A stretch of 64,000 nucleotides of DNA from Dehalococcoidia bacterium (GCA_030612025.1 JAUWOR010000003.1:101492-165491), one strand, 5' to 3'; shown: positions 51,527-61,739, counted from the first letter of the stretch. The notes: generated by a model from the letters alone, not told the origin. A program made the numbers and translations.

Positions 51527-52129
51527 CTATCCCAAAATTGTCAAAATACCTTGACGGATCATCTTTACCGCGATAGTAGCTAAAAGCAACATAACTACTT
51601 TAGATATAGCCTTTACTCCAGTATTACCTAAAAACCTTACAACCAGATTTGCTTGCCTAAGAAGAAGCCATTGTATTGTCAAATTGAGAATGAATGAAAC
51701 TATTACGATGACAATAAAATACTGGTCAATGAGTATTAGCAAAGTGGTGAGCACTGCTGGTCCTACAATTAGCGGAGTACCTAGGGGGACGACACCTACC
51801 ATCTCAGCGGCTGATAAGTCACTAGTTTCTACCATCCTCCCTGTAACTAGATCTTTGACCGCTAAAACCAGTAGAATAACGCCACCTGCTACTAGGAAGT
51901 CGGCTACTCCAATACCCAAGAGTAGGAAGACAGCTTTGCCGATAGCAACAAATCCTAAGCCCAAGCCTAAAGCAGTAAATATCGCTAAACGAGTTGTGCG
52001 ACTATGCCTCGAAGCCTCTATATTTTGGGTTAGCGAAAGAAAAATTGGCAAGTTGCCAATCGAATCCATGGCGACAAAAATAGGAACAAGGGTTAAACCT
52101 AGCTCTCGAAAAATATCGCCTATGGACAC
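51527..52129 (-). CDS. MarC family membrane protein
   Basis: FVAMDSIGNLPIF, VPLGTPLIVGP; six TM helices. Confidence 0.9.
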   Translation of the reverse strand: MSIGDIFRELGLTLVPIFVAMDSIGNLPIFLSLTQNIEASRHSRTTRLAIFTALGLGLGFVAIGKAVFLLLGIGVADFLVAGGVILLVLAVKDLVTGRMVETSDLSAAEMVGVVPLGTPLIVGPAVLTTLLILIDQYFIVIVIVSFILNLTIQWLLLRQANLVVRFLGNTGVKAISKVVMLLLATIAVKMIRQGILTILG

Positions 52130-52131
52130 TT

Positions 52132-54567
52132 TTATGCCTTTATCGCCAAGCTGCCTATAGTAGTGATAGAAACTATGCTATCACCTTTCGCCAACGCCAT
52201 TATATGTACACCACGACCCTTCCGGCTCTGAACTGAGACCTGCTCGAGGGGAATACACTCAACATTACCCACGCTTGATAACGTCACCAAATATCCTTCA
52301 CCTTTGCTCACAATCCTAGCCGCCACTATCTTACCCGTTTTGTCACTCACTCTATGGGCTTGGATTCCTTTCCCTCCCCGCTGCTGGATAGGATAACGCC
52401 CCACGGAAGTTAACTTGCCAAAACCTCTCTCGGCCACTGTCAGTAGATAAGCATCGGGGAAAATAGTGTCCATACCGACAAGGCAATCATCGGTCAGACG
52501 AATACCACGAACACCGCCACTGCTACGAGACGCAGTTCTTAGGTTTTTAACCTTAAATTTAATAGCTCGCCCATTTTGACTTACTAGAATAACATCATCC
52601 AAATCGGTAACTACCCTAGCTGCCACCAGCTCATCATTATTCTTGAGTCCCATAGCAATAAGCCCACTTCGCCTGATGGAAGCAAATTCAGACAGAGAGG
52701 TCTTCTTTACCCCACCAGCCTTGGTTGCCATTAATAAGAATTCATTGGAGGGAAAATCTGCCACAGCCAGTAATGCAGTTACTTTGTCTTTCAGGTCAAG
52801 GGGCAATAAGTTAACCAGCGCTATACCTCTAGCAGTTCGAGACGAATCCCCAGGAATCTCATAGCACTTAAGGCAATAAACCCTGCCTCGAACAGTGAAA
52901 AGGAGTAAATTGTCATGTGTATCGGCGGCCAAAATATGGCTCACCGAACCACCCTCACGGGTCATCATTCCAATGACTCCTCTTCCTCCACGGCGCTGTA
53001 GCCGGTAGGTACTAGCAGGAAGCCTTTTAATAAATCCTTGGCTACTAAAGGTAACTATCACTCTCTGGTGGGGAACAAGATCTTCCTGACGAAACTCTGT
53101 AACCTCCTCCTCGCTAATTAAAGTGCACCGCTTGTCGCCATACTTGGATTTCAGCTGAGCAACATCTTGCTTGATGAGGAACAATATCTTTCTAGGATTA
53201 GCTAATAGGTCCTCTAAGTAGGAAATATCCTTCACTACTCCAGTATATTCTTGGGCTATTTTTTCCCGCTCTAGCCCAGCCAAGCGGCGCAGCGGCATAT
53301 CAAGGATAGCTTGCGCCTGAGCTTGGGATAAACTAAAAACAGTCATTAAATTGGCACGAGCAGCGTCAACCGTCTCAGATTGCCGAATAAGTCTAATCAC
53401 TTGCTCTATGTTATCTAGAGCGATCCTGAAGCCTTCAAGAATGTGAGCTCTATTCCTCGCCTTTTCAAGCTCAAATTGGGACCTCCTGGTAATAACCTCC
53501 TGACGAAAATCAATGTAGCAAGTTAAGGCTTCCTTAAGATTAATTACTTTTGGTCGCCCTTTAACCAGAGCAACCATATTGATAAAAAAGGCAGATTGCA
53601 TTATGGTATTCTTATACAGATTATTAAGTACTTGCTGGGGTTGCGCCTCCTTTCTGAGTTCAATGATAAGACGCATGCCCTCCCTGTCCGACTCATCGCG
53701 CACTTCAGCTATCCCGGCGATTTTTCTCCCTTTAACTAGCCCAGCTATTTTCTCTACCAAAGCTGCTTTGTTTACTTGATAGGGAAGTTCGGTAATGACT
53801 AATTTGCTCTTACCCTCTTTGGTGCTTACTACATCGGCTTTAGCTCGAATTACAACTTTTCCTTGCCCGGTAGCATAAGCATTCTTTATCCCCTCTTTCC
53901 CCAAAATTACGGCTGCCGTAGGGAAATCAGGACCTTGGATAAACTCCATTAGCTCATCTGTGGTGGCTTGTGGGTTGTCAATTAGGTAGGCGATAGCATC
54001 GCATACCTCCCCCAGGTTGTGCGGTGGGATGTTAGTTGCCATGCCTACAGCTATGCCTGAGGAACCATTAACTAATAAGTTAGGCAACTTAGCCGGCAAG
54101 ACAGCTGGTTCTTTGAGGGAATCATCAAAATTGGAAACGAGGGCAACAGTATTTTTATCAATGTCGCCCAGCATCTCTCCAGCGATTTCAGCAAGCCGCG
54201 CCTCGGTGTACCTCATCGCTGCCGGCGGATCATTATCAATGCTGCCGAAATTACCCTGGCCATCAATCAAAACATATCTCAAGGAGAAATCTTGTGCCAT
54301 GCGCACCATAGCTTCATATACGGGGGCATCTCCATGGGGATGGTATTTCCCCAGAACTTCACCAACAATTCGAGCGCTCTTTTTGTGCGGACCATTATGA
54401 TGTAGTCCCAATCCATCCATGGCATATAAAATACGCCGCTGCACCGGCTTTAGACCATCACGCACATCCGGTAATGCTCGAGAGACAATAACGCTCATAG
54501 CATAGTCCAGATAGGAGCTTTTCATCTCCTGCTCAATATCAACAGGCCTTACTTTCCCAATTTCCAT
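52132..54567 (-). CDS. gyrA: DNA gyrase subunit A
   Basis: [26 protein letters not shown], GyrA box QRRGGRG. Confidence 0.97.
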   Translation of the reverse strand: MEIGKVRPVDIEQEMKSSYLDYAMSVIVSRALPDVRDGLKPVQRRILYAMDGLGLHHNGPHKKSARIVGEVLGKYHPHGDAPVYEAMVRMAQDFSLRYVLIDGQGNFGSIDNDPPAAMRYTEARLAEIAGEMLGDIDKNTVALVSNFDDSLKEPAVLPAKLPNLLVNGSSGIAVGMATNIPPHNLGEVCDAIAYLIDNPQATTDELMEFIQGPDFPTAAVILGKEGIKNAYATGQGKVVIRAKADVVSTKEGKSKLVITELPYQVNKAALVEKIAGLVKGRKIAGIAEVRDESDREGMRLIIELRKEAQPQQVLNNLYKNTIMQSAFFINMVALVKGRPKVINLKEALTCYIDFRQEVITRRSQFELEKARNRAHILEGFRIALDNIEQVIRLIRQSETVDAARANLMTVFSLSQAQAQAILDMPLRRLAGLEREKIAQEYTGVVKDISYLEDLLANPRKILFLIKQDVAQLKSKYGDKRCTLISEEEVTEFRQEDLVPHQRVIVTFSSQGFIKRLPASTYRLQRRGGRGVIGMMTREGGSVSHILAADTHDNLLLFTVRGRVYCLKCYEIPGDSSRTARGIALVNLLPLDLKDKVTALLAVADFPSNEFLLMATKAGGVKKTSLSEFASIRRSGLIAMGLKNNDELVAARVVTDLDDVILVSQNGRAIKFKVKNLRTASRSSGGVRGIRLTDDCLVGMDTIFPDAYLLTVAERGFGKLTSVGRYPIQQRGGKGIQAHRVSDKTGKIVAARIVSKGEGYLVTLSSVGNVECIPLEQVSVQSRKGRGVHIMALAKGDSIVSITTIGSLAIKA

Positions 54568-54594
54568 TGTCAGTTGTCAGCTATCAGCTTTCAG
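54568..54594. repeat. Heptamer tandem (CTGA-type x4) at the TPR-stop/gyrA-start junction
   Basis: Minus strand reads ctgaaag ctgatag ctgacaa ctgaca ATG. Confidence 0.55.
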
Positions 54595-55429
54595 TAGCCT
54601 CCCCAAGTATGGAAAAACCTTCCGACAAACCTTTTTCCTCGCCCTCATCTTCGGAATCTCCAGCCTCTCCTTCAACTCTTTCAACTTCCTTTATTTCTTC
54701 GCCTTCCCAGTAGCTAACGTCGCGCCTAAGGAGATATTCTTTAGCATAGGAACGCAAACGCTCAGTAGCTTTAACGGGAAAGGAAGGATACCCCACCTGG
54801 CTAGGATGTTGATATTCCTCCCTAATAATTACTCGCACTCCATCCTCCCCTACACTGTGGATGGCTGCAGCGTATCTATTCCCGCCTTCTATCAGCTTGA
54901 TAAGTCGTAACCCATGTTTCGGCTTAACTTCCCCCAAATATTCCCCTTGGTCATTCTCTACCACTAAGCTTTGGCCCTCTACTCTCAAACAGACCTGATT
55001 ACCAATACCCATCCTGGCTAATACCTCCGTTGGGGCCAAATTACAAAGGTTGACCACACCAGCCTTGCTTATCTCAGTAATAAAGAACTCAGGAGCAACC
55101 CTACGATGCCCCCTATCTAAGGATGCTTTAGCCGCCGGTAAACTAGCTAGTCGAGCTAAATTTTTTACCGCAATAACATTGTTAGGAGCAAGTTCCAAAG
55201 CCTTGCTATACGCCTCTTTAGCCCGGGCAAACTCCCCTAACTCTGCCAATGCCCTGCCAAGACGATTGTAAGCCCCAACATCACTAGGAAACCTCTCAAT
55301 TATACTTCTGTTTACTGCCACAGCCTCTTCCCACCTACCTTGAATAGCCAAGGCTACGGCTTCCTCACTTAATCGCCGTCCTGGTCTAGCTCGCTCCTCT
55401 TCTTGCTGATAAGCCATCCTATTCACCAC
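54584..55429 (-). CDS. Tetratricopeptide repeat protein
   Basis: AYNRLGRALAELG...AYSKALELAPNNVIA; acidic tail. Confidence 0.85.
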   Translation of the reverse strand: MVNRMAYQQEEERARPGRRLSEEAVALAIQGRWEEAVAVNRSIIERFPSDVGAYNRLGRALAELGEFARAKEAYSKALELAPNNVIAVKNLARLASLPAAKASLDRGHRRVAPEFFITEISKAGVVNLCNLAPTEVLARMGIGNQVCLRVEGQSLVVENDQGEYLGEVKPKHGLRLIKLIEGGNRYAAAIHSVGEDGVRVIIREEYQHPSQVGYPSFPVKATERLRSYAKEYLLRRDVSYWEGEEIKEVERVEGEAGDSEDEGEEKGLSEGFSILGEATES

Positions 55430-55435
55430 GCAAAG

Positions 55436-55540
55436 CTAAATAAAAGATTAAAATGCAAAATGAAAAAATACAAAGCAAAGGTAAAAAATTTTGAGTTTTG
55501 ATTTGTCATTTTGACCTTTAATTTTTAAATTTTCTTCTGT
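55436..55540. repeat. AT-rich heptamer inverted-repeat element between lysC and the TPR gene
   Basis: aaaatgc aaaatga aaaatac aaagc ... ttttgag ttttgat ttgtcat tttgacc. Confidence 0.8.
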
Positions 55541-55542
55541 TG

Positions 55543-56025
55543 TCAAGCAGTTTCAAGCTCAAAGGCTTTATGCAAGGCCTGAACAGCATCCTTAACTCTA
55601 TCCTCTGCGATAATGCAGGTTATCCTTATCTCTGAAGTAGTGATTAGCTGGATATTAATGCCCTGTTCATAAAGGGCGCGGAACATTCTGGCAGCATAGC
55701 CTGGCGTATTTTGCATGCCAGTGCCTACGATGCTAACCTTAGCCAGGGTAGAATCAGTAACACATCGTTTCGCTCCAATGGATTTTATCACCGGTTCTAC
55801 AATGGACATCGCTTTAACCAAGTCGCTTCGTGCCACTGTAAAGGTAAGATCAGTAATATTCTCAATACTGGCGTTCTGGACAATAGTATCTACACTTATA
55901 TTCGCCTTAGCCAAGGGCTCAAAGATTGCTGCAGCAATGCCAGGGTGGTCAGGAACACTGATTACAGTAATTTTAGCCACATTGGTATCATGAGCAATAC
56001 CCCTAGCCTTATTTCTTACTTCCAT
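55543..56025 (-). CDS. Probable aspartate kinase beta subunit from an in-frame internal start
   Basis: AAGGAGG-catct-ATG (MEVRNKARG...) just before the ACT domains. Confidence 0.6.
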   Translation of the reverse strand: MEVRNKARGIAHDTNVAKITVISVPDHPGIAAAIFEPLAKANISVDTIVQNASIENITDLTFTVARSDLVKAMSIVEPVIKSIGAKRCVTDSTLAKVSIVGTGMQNTPGYAARMFRALYEQGINIQLITTSEIRITCIIAEDRVKDAVQALHKAFELETA

Positions 56026-56760
56026 AGATGCCTCCTTACAAATGAGAGTTCCTGGACTATCGCTAAAGCTGGAAGCCACCAATATAGGCATATCATACAA
56101 TCCGCCTAATTCCACCGCTCTAGGATGCAGTATCTTTGCTCCATAACTAGCCAGCTCCAGCATTTCCTCATAACCAATCTCCTTTAATTTAGTCGCTTCG
56201 GGCACAAAGCGAGGGTCGGCGGTATAGACTCCTTCAACATCAGTATAAATCTGGCATACCTCAGCATTCAAGCTGGCAGCTAGAGCAACAGCCGTAGTGT
56301 CAGAGCCACCTCGACCCAGAGTGGTAATATCCATATCCTGAGTAACACCCTGAAATCCAGCTACAATGACGATGTTGCCCTTCTCTAATTCACCGAGAAT
56401 GCGCTGGGGGACAACGCGAAGAATTCGCGCTTGGCTGTAGCTAGAATCAGTCTGGATGCCCGCCTGGCCACCAGTAAGACTGACTGCCTTATAGCCCAAG
56501 CTTTCCAGAGCCATAACCAAAAGAGTGCTGGAAATTAGCTCACCGGTAGAAAGGAGCATGTCAAGTTCTCGCTCGTCTGGCTGTTCACTAACCTGTTGAG
56601 CCATTCGGATTAACTCGTCAGTGGTATCCCCCATTGCTGAGACCACCACCACTAATTGATTTCCTTCGTCCTTAGCCCTAGCTATACGGCGAGCTACACT
56701 TTTGATTTTCTCGCTATCAGCAACCGAGCTACCACCATACTTTTGTACTATCAGCGCCAT
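55543..56760 (-). CDS. lysC: Aspartate kinase (alpha subunit)
   Basis: [37 protein letters not shown], two ACT domains. Confidence 0.97.
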   Translation of the reverse strand: MALIVQKYGGSSVADSEKIKSVARRIARAKDEGNQLVVVVSAMGDTTDELIRMAQQVSEQPDERELDMLLSTGELISSTLLVMALESLGYKAVSLTGGQAGIQTDSSYSQARILRVVPQRILGELEKGNIVIVAGFQGVTQDMDITTLGRGGSDTTAVALAASLNAEVCQIYTDVEGVYTADPRFVPEATKLKEIGYEEMLELASYGAKILHPRAVELGGLYDMPILVASSFSDSPGTLICKEASMEVRNKARGIAHDTNVAKITVISVPDHPGIAAAIFEPLAKANISVDTIVQNASIENITDLTFTVARSDLVKAMSIVEPVIKSIGAKRCVTDSTLAKVSIVGTGMQNTPGYAARMFRALYEQGINIQLITTSEIRITCIIAEDRVKDAVQALHKAFELETA

Positions 56761-56765
56761 ATTCT

Positions 56766-57950
56766 CTACCTTATTAGTTTAGCCATTATATTATACCCTT
56801 GCTCAATGAAAACGCCGGTACTTTTAGCTTCAGCCTCGGTAAATCTCTTCGCCCCGTTAGCCATAAACCCCGACCCCCACAGCATAAATGGAACTGGCTC
56901 CCTAGTATGGGTCTGAACCTTAATTGGCGTTGGATGGTCAGGCATAATTAGCACCCGAAGAGAATCTTTGTCCCAACTACGGATTCGGCTCACCATCTCG
57001 GCATCCACTCTCTGGATAGCCTCTATTTTATCCTCAATAGAGCCAGCATGAGCAGCCTCATCAGGTGCTTCCACATGGACAACTACTAAATCATGTTCTC
57101 CAAGCGCTTCCAGGGCTCCTACTGCCTGAGCAGTACAGTCATTGCCCAGATCACCAGTCACGCCGGGAATGCTTAATATCTTCATCCCCACCATTTTAGC
57201 CAAGCCCCGTAAAAGGTCAACTCCCGATGTCATCGCAGCATCAAGACCACAAGCCTGCTTGAAAACGGGCATATCAGGTATTCTACCACTACTCCAGAAA
57301 AGCCAAATCATTGTGGCTGGGATATCGCCACGAGATTTCCGCGCTACATTTACCGGGTGATTGCGCAGCACAGCTTCCGACCTTGCCATGAGGTCTCTTA
57401 ATAAATCACTCCCAGGGCCATGGGGAAGAAACTCATTGATAGGTTTGCCCGGGATATCATGCGGAGGGGTGCAAATAGCCAGGAGTGTGTCCTCTCGTCC
57501 TTTTATTTTACATATATGCCTGTAGCTGACGCCAGGATAAAATTGGACCTCTTCGCTGCCAAGTTTCTCATTTAAAGCAGCGATGAGAACCTTAGCCTCT
57601 TCACTCTTGATGAAGCCCGAGCTATAGCTTCGCATTGTCCCATCACAAATAGAGACTAAATTACAGCGAAAAACAACCTCACCCTCACCAATGGGAATGT
57701 CCATACTCCTGGCTTCGATGGCGCTTCTGCCCCGATAATAGACCCTGGGGTCATAGCCCAGTATTGACATGCAAGCGCAGCCGCTGCTGGGCTCCATCCC
57801 TTCTGGGACGGTACGAACAAGTCCGACAATACCTTCCCTTGCCATGGCATCCAGGTTTGGAGTATATGCCAGCTCAAGGCAAGTCCTGCCACCGCGGTCA
57901 AGCAATGGCCAACCCGCGGCACCATCCATTATCAGAATACAGTATTTCAT
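56766..57950 (-). CDS. apgM: Cofactor-independent phosphoglycerate mutase, ApgM/TIGR02535 family
   Basis: [43 protein letters not shown]; start at ATG 57950. Confidence 0.88.
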   Translation of the reverse strand: MKYCILIMDGAAGWPLLDRGGRTCLELAYTPNLDAMAREGIVGLVRTVPEGMEPSSGCACMSILGYDPRVYYRGRSAIEARSMDIPIGEGEVVFRCNLVSICDGTMRSYSSGFIKSEEAKVLIAALNEKLGSEEVQFYPGVSYRHICKIKGREDTLLAICTPPHDIPGKPINEFLPHGPGSDLLRDLMARSEAVLRNHPVNVARKSRGDIPATMIWLFWSSGRIPDMPVFKQACGLDAAMTSGVDLLRGLAKMVGMKILSIPGVTGDLGNDCTAQAVGALEALGEHDLVVVHVEAPDEAAHAGSIEDKIEAIQRVDAEMVSRIRSWDKDSLRVLIMPDHPTPIKVQTHTREPVPFMLWGSGFMANGAKRFTEAEAKSTGVFIEQGYNIMAKLIR

Positions 57951-57970
57951 CCAAGAATTCAGCCACCCAA

Positions 57971-58090
57971 TGTCACCCTGAGCCCTTCGCTTCCTGTCAT
58001 TGCGAGCGAAGCGAAGCAATCTGGCGCTCAGGGCAGGCTCTGCGAAGGGTCTCCAAGATTCTTTGGTCGCTCCTCTCCCTCAGAATGACA
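57971..58090. repeat. Nested palindromic repeats (TGTCACCCTGAG / CCCTTCG / TGTCATTGCGAG ... CTCAGAATGACA)
   Basis: Three repeat types seen elsewhere in the window, nested in one another. Confidence 0.8.
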
Positions 58091-58157
58091 CCAGAATGAA
58101 CGGTTATTATTTCATCTTGTTTTGATAATTAAATCATCTTATAATAGCATAAACACC

Positions 58158-58235
<78 letters not shown>

Positions 58236-58252
58236 GAGAACGGAGAGAAACT

Positions 58253-59332
58253 ATGCTAAAAGCCGCAATCGTGGGAGCCACCGGCATCGTTGGTCAGCAA
58301 TTTCTCGTTGCCCTGAAAAACCACCCCTGGATTGAAATTGCCGCACTTGCCGCATCCGAGAGGTCAGCCGGCCGCAGCTATAAAGAGGCCATAACCGAGG
58401 CTCAATCCGGAGCCCTGCGCTGGTTTTGCCAAGAGCCGCCGGTAGAAGAAGTTATGGGAATGCCAGTGCAGAACGCCGCCGAAATGGATATCTCTGCCAT
58501 AGACCTCGTCTTCTCCGCTATAGAATCCGCCCCGGCGAAGGTTCTCGAACCGAAGTTTGCTAGTGACAAACCGGTTATAAGCACCGCTTCAGCCTTCCGC
58601 TACGATGACGATGTACCCATTCTGATCCCAGGCATCAACTCCGAGCAGGCCAAACTGCTTCATGTGCAGAGAAAATCGCGGGGATGGAAGGGCTTCATTA
58701 CACCCATTCCCAACTGCACCACCACCGGCCTGGCAATATCACTAAAGCCAATCTACCAGACCTTTGGTCTAAACGCTGTCGTAATGACCTCCATGCAAGC
58801 TATATCAGGCGCAGGTCGAAGTCCTGGAGTGTTAGGCCTCGATATTCTGGACAACGTCATTCCCTTCGTTCCCGGAGAAGAAGAAAAGGTGCAGCGCGAA
58901 ACACAGAAAATCCTGGGTAGTTTTGAAGGCTCTTCAATCAGTCCGGCGAGATTCGATGTAAGCTGCACCTGCACCCGTGTTAACGTACGGGAAGGGCATA
59001 CAGAATCGGTCTTCGCCTCTACCCAAAAAGCTTGCCAGGTAAGCGATGTTGCCAGGGCAATGAGGGAATTCGTCGGCTCAGCCGCTGAAGCTGACCTGCC
59101 TTCGGCCCCGAAGCATATGATAATCGTGCTCGATGACCCCTTCAGGCCTCAGCCACGGCTAGACCGTGATGCCGAAGACGGCATGGCCACCGTGGTCGGT
59201 AGAATCAGGAAGGACACTGTCCTGGAAAATGGCATCAAGTATGTTCTGGTGTCCCATAATACCAAGATGGGAGCTGCTAAAGGCGCAGTTCTTGTAGCTG
59301 AACTCCTTATCCGGGACGGATATATCTCTTAG
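58253..59332 (+). CDS. asd: Aspartate-semialdehyde dehydrogenase (archaeal/eukaryote-like subfamily)
   Basis: [46 protein letters not shown]. Confidence 0.93.
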   Translation: MLKAAIVGATGIVGQQFLVALKNHPWIEIAALAASERSAGRSYKEAITEAQSGALRWFCQEPPVEEVMGMPVQNAAEMDISAIDLVFSAIESAPAKVLEPKFASDKPVISTASAFRYDDDVPILIPGINSEQAKLLHVQRKSRGWKGFITPIPNCTTTGLAISLKPIYQTFGLNAVVMTSMQAISGAGRSPGVLGLDILDNVIPFVPGEEEKVQRETQKILGSFEGSSISPARFDVSCTCTRVNVREGHTESVFASTQKACQVSDVARAMREFVGSAAEADLPSAPKHMIIVLDDPFRPQPRLDRDAEDGMATVVGRIRKDTVLENGIKYVLVSHNTKMGAAKGAVLVAELLIRDGYIS

Positions 59333-59335
59333 ATA

Positions 59336-59370
59336 CTGAGGCCGAAGGTTCAAACCCTCTCGCCCGACCA
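59336..59370 (+). repeat. Degenerate tRNA-Pro 3' copy 1 (att-like)
   Basis: ctgaggccgaaggttcaaaccctctcgcccgacca vs tRNA ctgaggtcggaggttcaaatcctctcgccccgacca. Confidence 0.85.
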
Positions 59371-59379
59371 GAAGAGGGT

Positions 59380-59520
59380 TATTACCTAAGCCATTCCTCC
59401 CTGGTGACTCCTGCCCTCTTCAAAATCCGCGATAGAAGAGCAACTCCGATCTCTCTGCAGCAGAAACTCAGTCACCGACTTCTAAAGTTTTGAGTTCTTC
59501 TATTCTATGTTCACCTATAG
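59380..59520 (-). pseudogene. Internally deleted hicA/hicB remnant paralogous to 62986-63451
   Basis: cctaagccattcctccctggt...agagcaactccgatctctct and caccgacttctaaagttttgagttc match the 3' ends of the intact hicA and hicB. Confidence 0.8.
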
Positions 59521-59679
59521 TTGGTAAGATAAGTTCTGGTAAAAAAGGTTTCGGAATCCCGATAGTCAATAGGTCCTCTTTGTAAAAGTACGTCTCCTAA
59601 GTCAGCAGCGAATACTGCCTCATCTGGCTTACCTTCGCCTATATCCTGTGTGGTTTAGCAACCTGCCACCATGGTTCAT
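59521..59679 (-). pseudogene. Frameshifted N-terminal fragment of a DUF499 AAA+ ATPase
   Basis: With two frameshifts reads M(K)PWWQVAKPHxDIGEGKPDEAVFAADLGDVLLQRGPIDYRDSETFFTRTYLT. Confidence 0.7.
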
Positions 59680-60026
59680 CTCTCACCCCCCTCTAACTCT
59701 TCTAAAACTTTGTTAATCAGAGGTTTAACCTGTGGAATAACGTCTTTTATAGTGTTCCAGACAAGGTCATACTTCACGCCAAAGTAGAAATGAATGAGCC
59801 TATTCCTCATTCCTGCCATGTCTCTCCAGGGAATAGAAGTGTATTTTTGTTTAATGTCTTCCGGAACACTCTTGGCAGCTTCCCCAATGATTTCAAACTT
59901 CCTTATTACGGCGCTTAATCTCATGTCGTCATTTTTGAAAGTTGCAAAGTCTATCCCTTCTGCAAATCTCTCGATAGCTTCCATAGCTTCTAAGATATCT
60001 TTCAAAAAAAGCTTAGGGTCTCTCAT
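59676..60026 (-). CDS. hepT: HepT-like (DUF86/HEPN) RNase toxin
   Basis: FEIIGEA, IPWRDMAGMRNRLIHFYF (RX4HXY). Confidence 0.9.
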   Translation of the reverse strand: MRDPKLFLKDILEAMEAIERFAEGIDFATFKNDDMRLSAVIRKFEIIGEAAKSVPEDIKQKYTSIPWRDMAGMRNRLIHFYFGVKYDLVWNTIKDVIPQVKPLINKVLEELEGGER

Positions 60027-60334
60027 AAATAAACTGCCTCTTTTAGAACCTGTTCTTTAATTTCCTCTCGAACAGTATCAATGGGAACAATATCCACCTT
60101 CGTATTGAGTTTTTCCTCAAGGAAGTCCCCAAGACCAACAAGATCAAATAATGTAGCCCCCTTATGAAACTTCACCAAGATGTCCAGATCGCTACTTCCT
60201 CTTTGTTCCCCCCTGGCATAGGAACCGAACACTCCAATGATTTCTGCCTTGTATTCCTTTCTTATTTGCTCCTCTAAGCTTTTGAGAGTTTCTATGACTC
60301 CTTCAAGTTCCCTATTCACCGTATATTCCCTCAT
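60023..60334 (-). CDS. mntA: MntA-like minimal nucleotidyltransferase antitoxin
   Basis: FGSYARGEQRGSSDLD (GSX10DXD), KVDIV. Confidence 0.9.
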   Translation of the reverse strand: MREYTVNRELEGVIETLKSLEEQIRKEYKAEIIGVFGSYARGEQRGSSDLDILVKFHKGATLFDLVGLGDFLEEKLNTKVDIVPIDTVREEIKEQVLKEAVYL

Positions 60335-60514
60335 TTATATAATCGTTGGGCGAGCAATTTGCAATTTGCCACCATGGTTTCATCTTCTTCACCCCCTAAA
60401 ACAATTTCGCTTGTTGCCCCAATCCTTGCTCATTATAGCTTGATTGGCTCCTTGAGGACAACACGCTGTACTCGTCCACATGATTAGTGACACATCACCT
60501 CCTTTGTTGCTATC

Positions 60515-60645
60515 AGGCTGTTTAATTTTGATTCCCCGTTCAATTTCAGCCATCTCGGAGGTGTTTCACCCCCAAATTTTGTAGTTGCCTGATTTATCAG
60601 GCACAGTCGCCCAATAAATTGGGCGACTACATTTTTAAACAGCCT
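60515..60645. mobile_element. ~130-bp MITE-like element, copy 2
   Basis: Terminal inverted repeat AGGCTGTTTAA...TTAAACAGCCT; internal gtagttgcctgatttatcaggc / gcccaataaattgggcgactac. Confidence 0.75.
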
Positions 60646-60673
60646 CTGCTATCCAAAGCAATCTATACTGATG

Positions 60674-60752
60674 CTCCCTCCCCTGGTGGGAGGGAGTTAG
60701 AGGGAGGGGGGATTTTGCCTGAAGATTGCCACGCCTTCGGCTCGCAATGACA
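60674..60752. repeat. CTCCCTCCC...GGGAGGGAG palindrome plus GATTGCC...CTCGCAATGACA half-element
   Basis: Direct reading; same families as 4829 and 8074. Confidence 0.7.
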
Positions 60753-60861
60753 TAAAGAACTGCCTAAGGTGTCCACCATCTATCTGAACGAGATCACACG
60801 CACGCTACCTTGGCAGCAATAATCAAGGCACTCATAATAGATTCAGCCCATAGGGTGCAGC

Positions 60862-60994
60862 ATGGTATTGGCCTATAGACAACAAAATAAAGAAATCCCT
60901 ATTGGACAAGCTCTCCTGGAACAAGTACCTGTCGAAATATAGGATGTCAGTAAAACGCCGAGACTTAATCAAATATTCTGAGCAGAACGGTTGA
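60862..60994 (+). pseudogene. Remnant of a second hicB-hicA type pair (HicB C-terminus plus HicA N-terminus)
   Basis: MVLAYRQQNKEIPIGQALLEQVPVEI* immediately followed by MSVKRRDLIKYSEQNG*. Confidence 0.55.
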
Positions 60995-61068
60995 TGCCAG
61001 GGGCAATTTGACAGACGAGAGCATATAATTCATACTATAGTATGAATATAGTATGAGGAGATGATATC

Positions 61069-61326
61069 ATGCCAAAGACAGCTAAGATTGCTATCAGCCT
61101 TCCTGAGGGGGTGCTTGTCGCCGTGGAACGGGAACGGAGGAATAGTGGGGAGAGCCGCAGTCAGTTCTTTCGCCGTGCAGTGGAGACACTTATGCGCCGC
61201 CAGGAGGAGGAAGAAATGAGCCAGCAGTATGTGCGTGCCTACCAGCAGATACCCGAGACCAAAGAAGAGGTCGAGGCAGCGCGGCGCGCTGCCAGCAATA
61301 TCCTGGCTCAGGAATCCTGGGAATGA
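61069..61326 (+). CDS. CopG/ribbon-helix-helix antitoxin
   Basis: KIAISLPE...SRSQFFRRAV; ATGA overlap with the toxin. Confidence 0.85.
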   Translation: MPKTAKIAISLPEGVLVAVERERRNSGESRSQFFRRAVETLMRRQEEEEMSQQYVRAYQQIPETKEEVEAARRAASNILAQESWE

Positions 61327-61637
61327 GGCGGGGTGAGATATGGTGGGTGGAATTAGAACCACCCGCGGGGCACCGCCCGGTAGTGCTTCTATCCCGTGAT
61401 GAGGCTTATGTCGTCCGCTCCCTGATTATTGTAGCACCAATTACCACGCATATCCGTCATATCCCCTCCGAAGTGCCCCTGGGAGCCGATGACGGCATGC
61501 CCCAAAACTGCGTTGCTAACCTGGATACTATTACCACCATACCCAAAGACTGTCTTCGCAATCGGCTTGCCGCCCTGAGCCCTCAGAAAATGAAGGAGGT
61601 CGAAGCAGCTATTCACTTCGCTCTGGGCATGGATTGA
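61323..61637 (+). CDS. mazF: PemK/MazF family endoribonuclease toxin
   Basis: MRRGEIWWV, GHRPVVLLS, VAPITT, NLDTITTI. Confidence 0.9.
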   Translation: MRRGEIWWVELEPPAGHRPVVLLSRDEAYVVRSLIIVAPITTHIRHIPSEVPLGADDGMPQNCVANLDTITTIPKDCLRNRLAALSPQKMKEVEAAIHFALGMD

Positions 61638-61739
61638 TCTTCCCAAGGGACTACTCTGAAATACAGAGGGTTCCACGTTAGACCCCAGCTTAATAACTCT
61701 TTGCTTTATTATGGTATCCCGCATAAGTTCTTACAGAGT

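Noticed and set aside
57951-58019. N-terminal extension of ApgM (MLRFARND...); likewise the RplC extension 45804-45848
   Set aside because: These are translations of repeat elements; the conserved proteins begin at downstream ATGs
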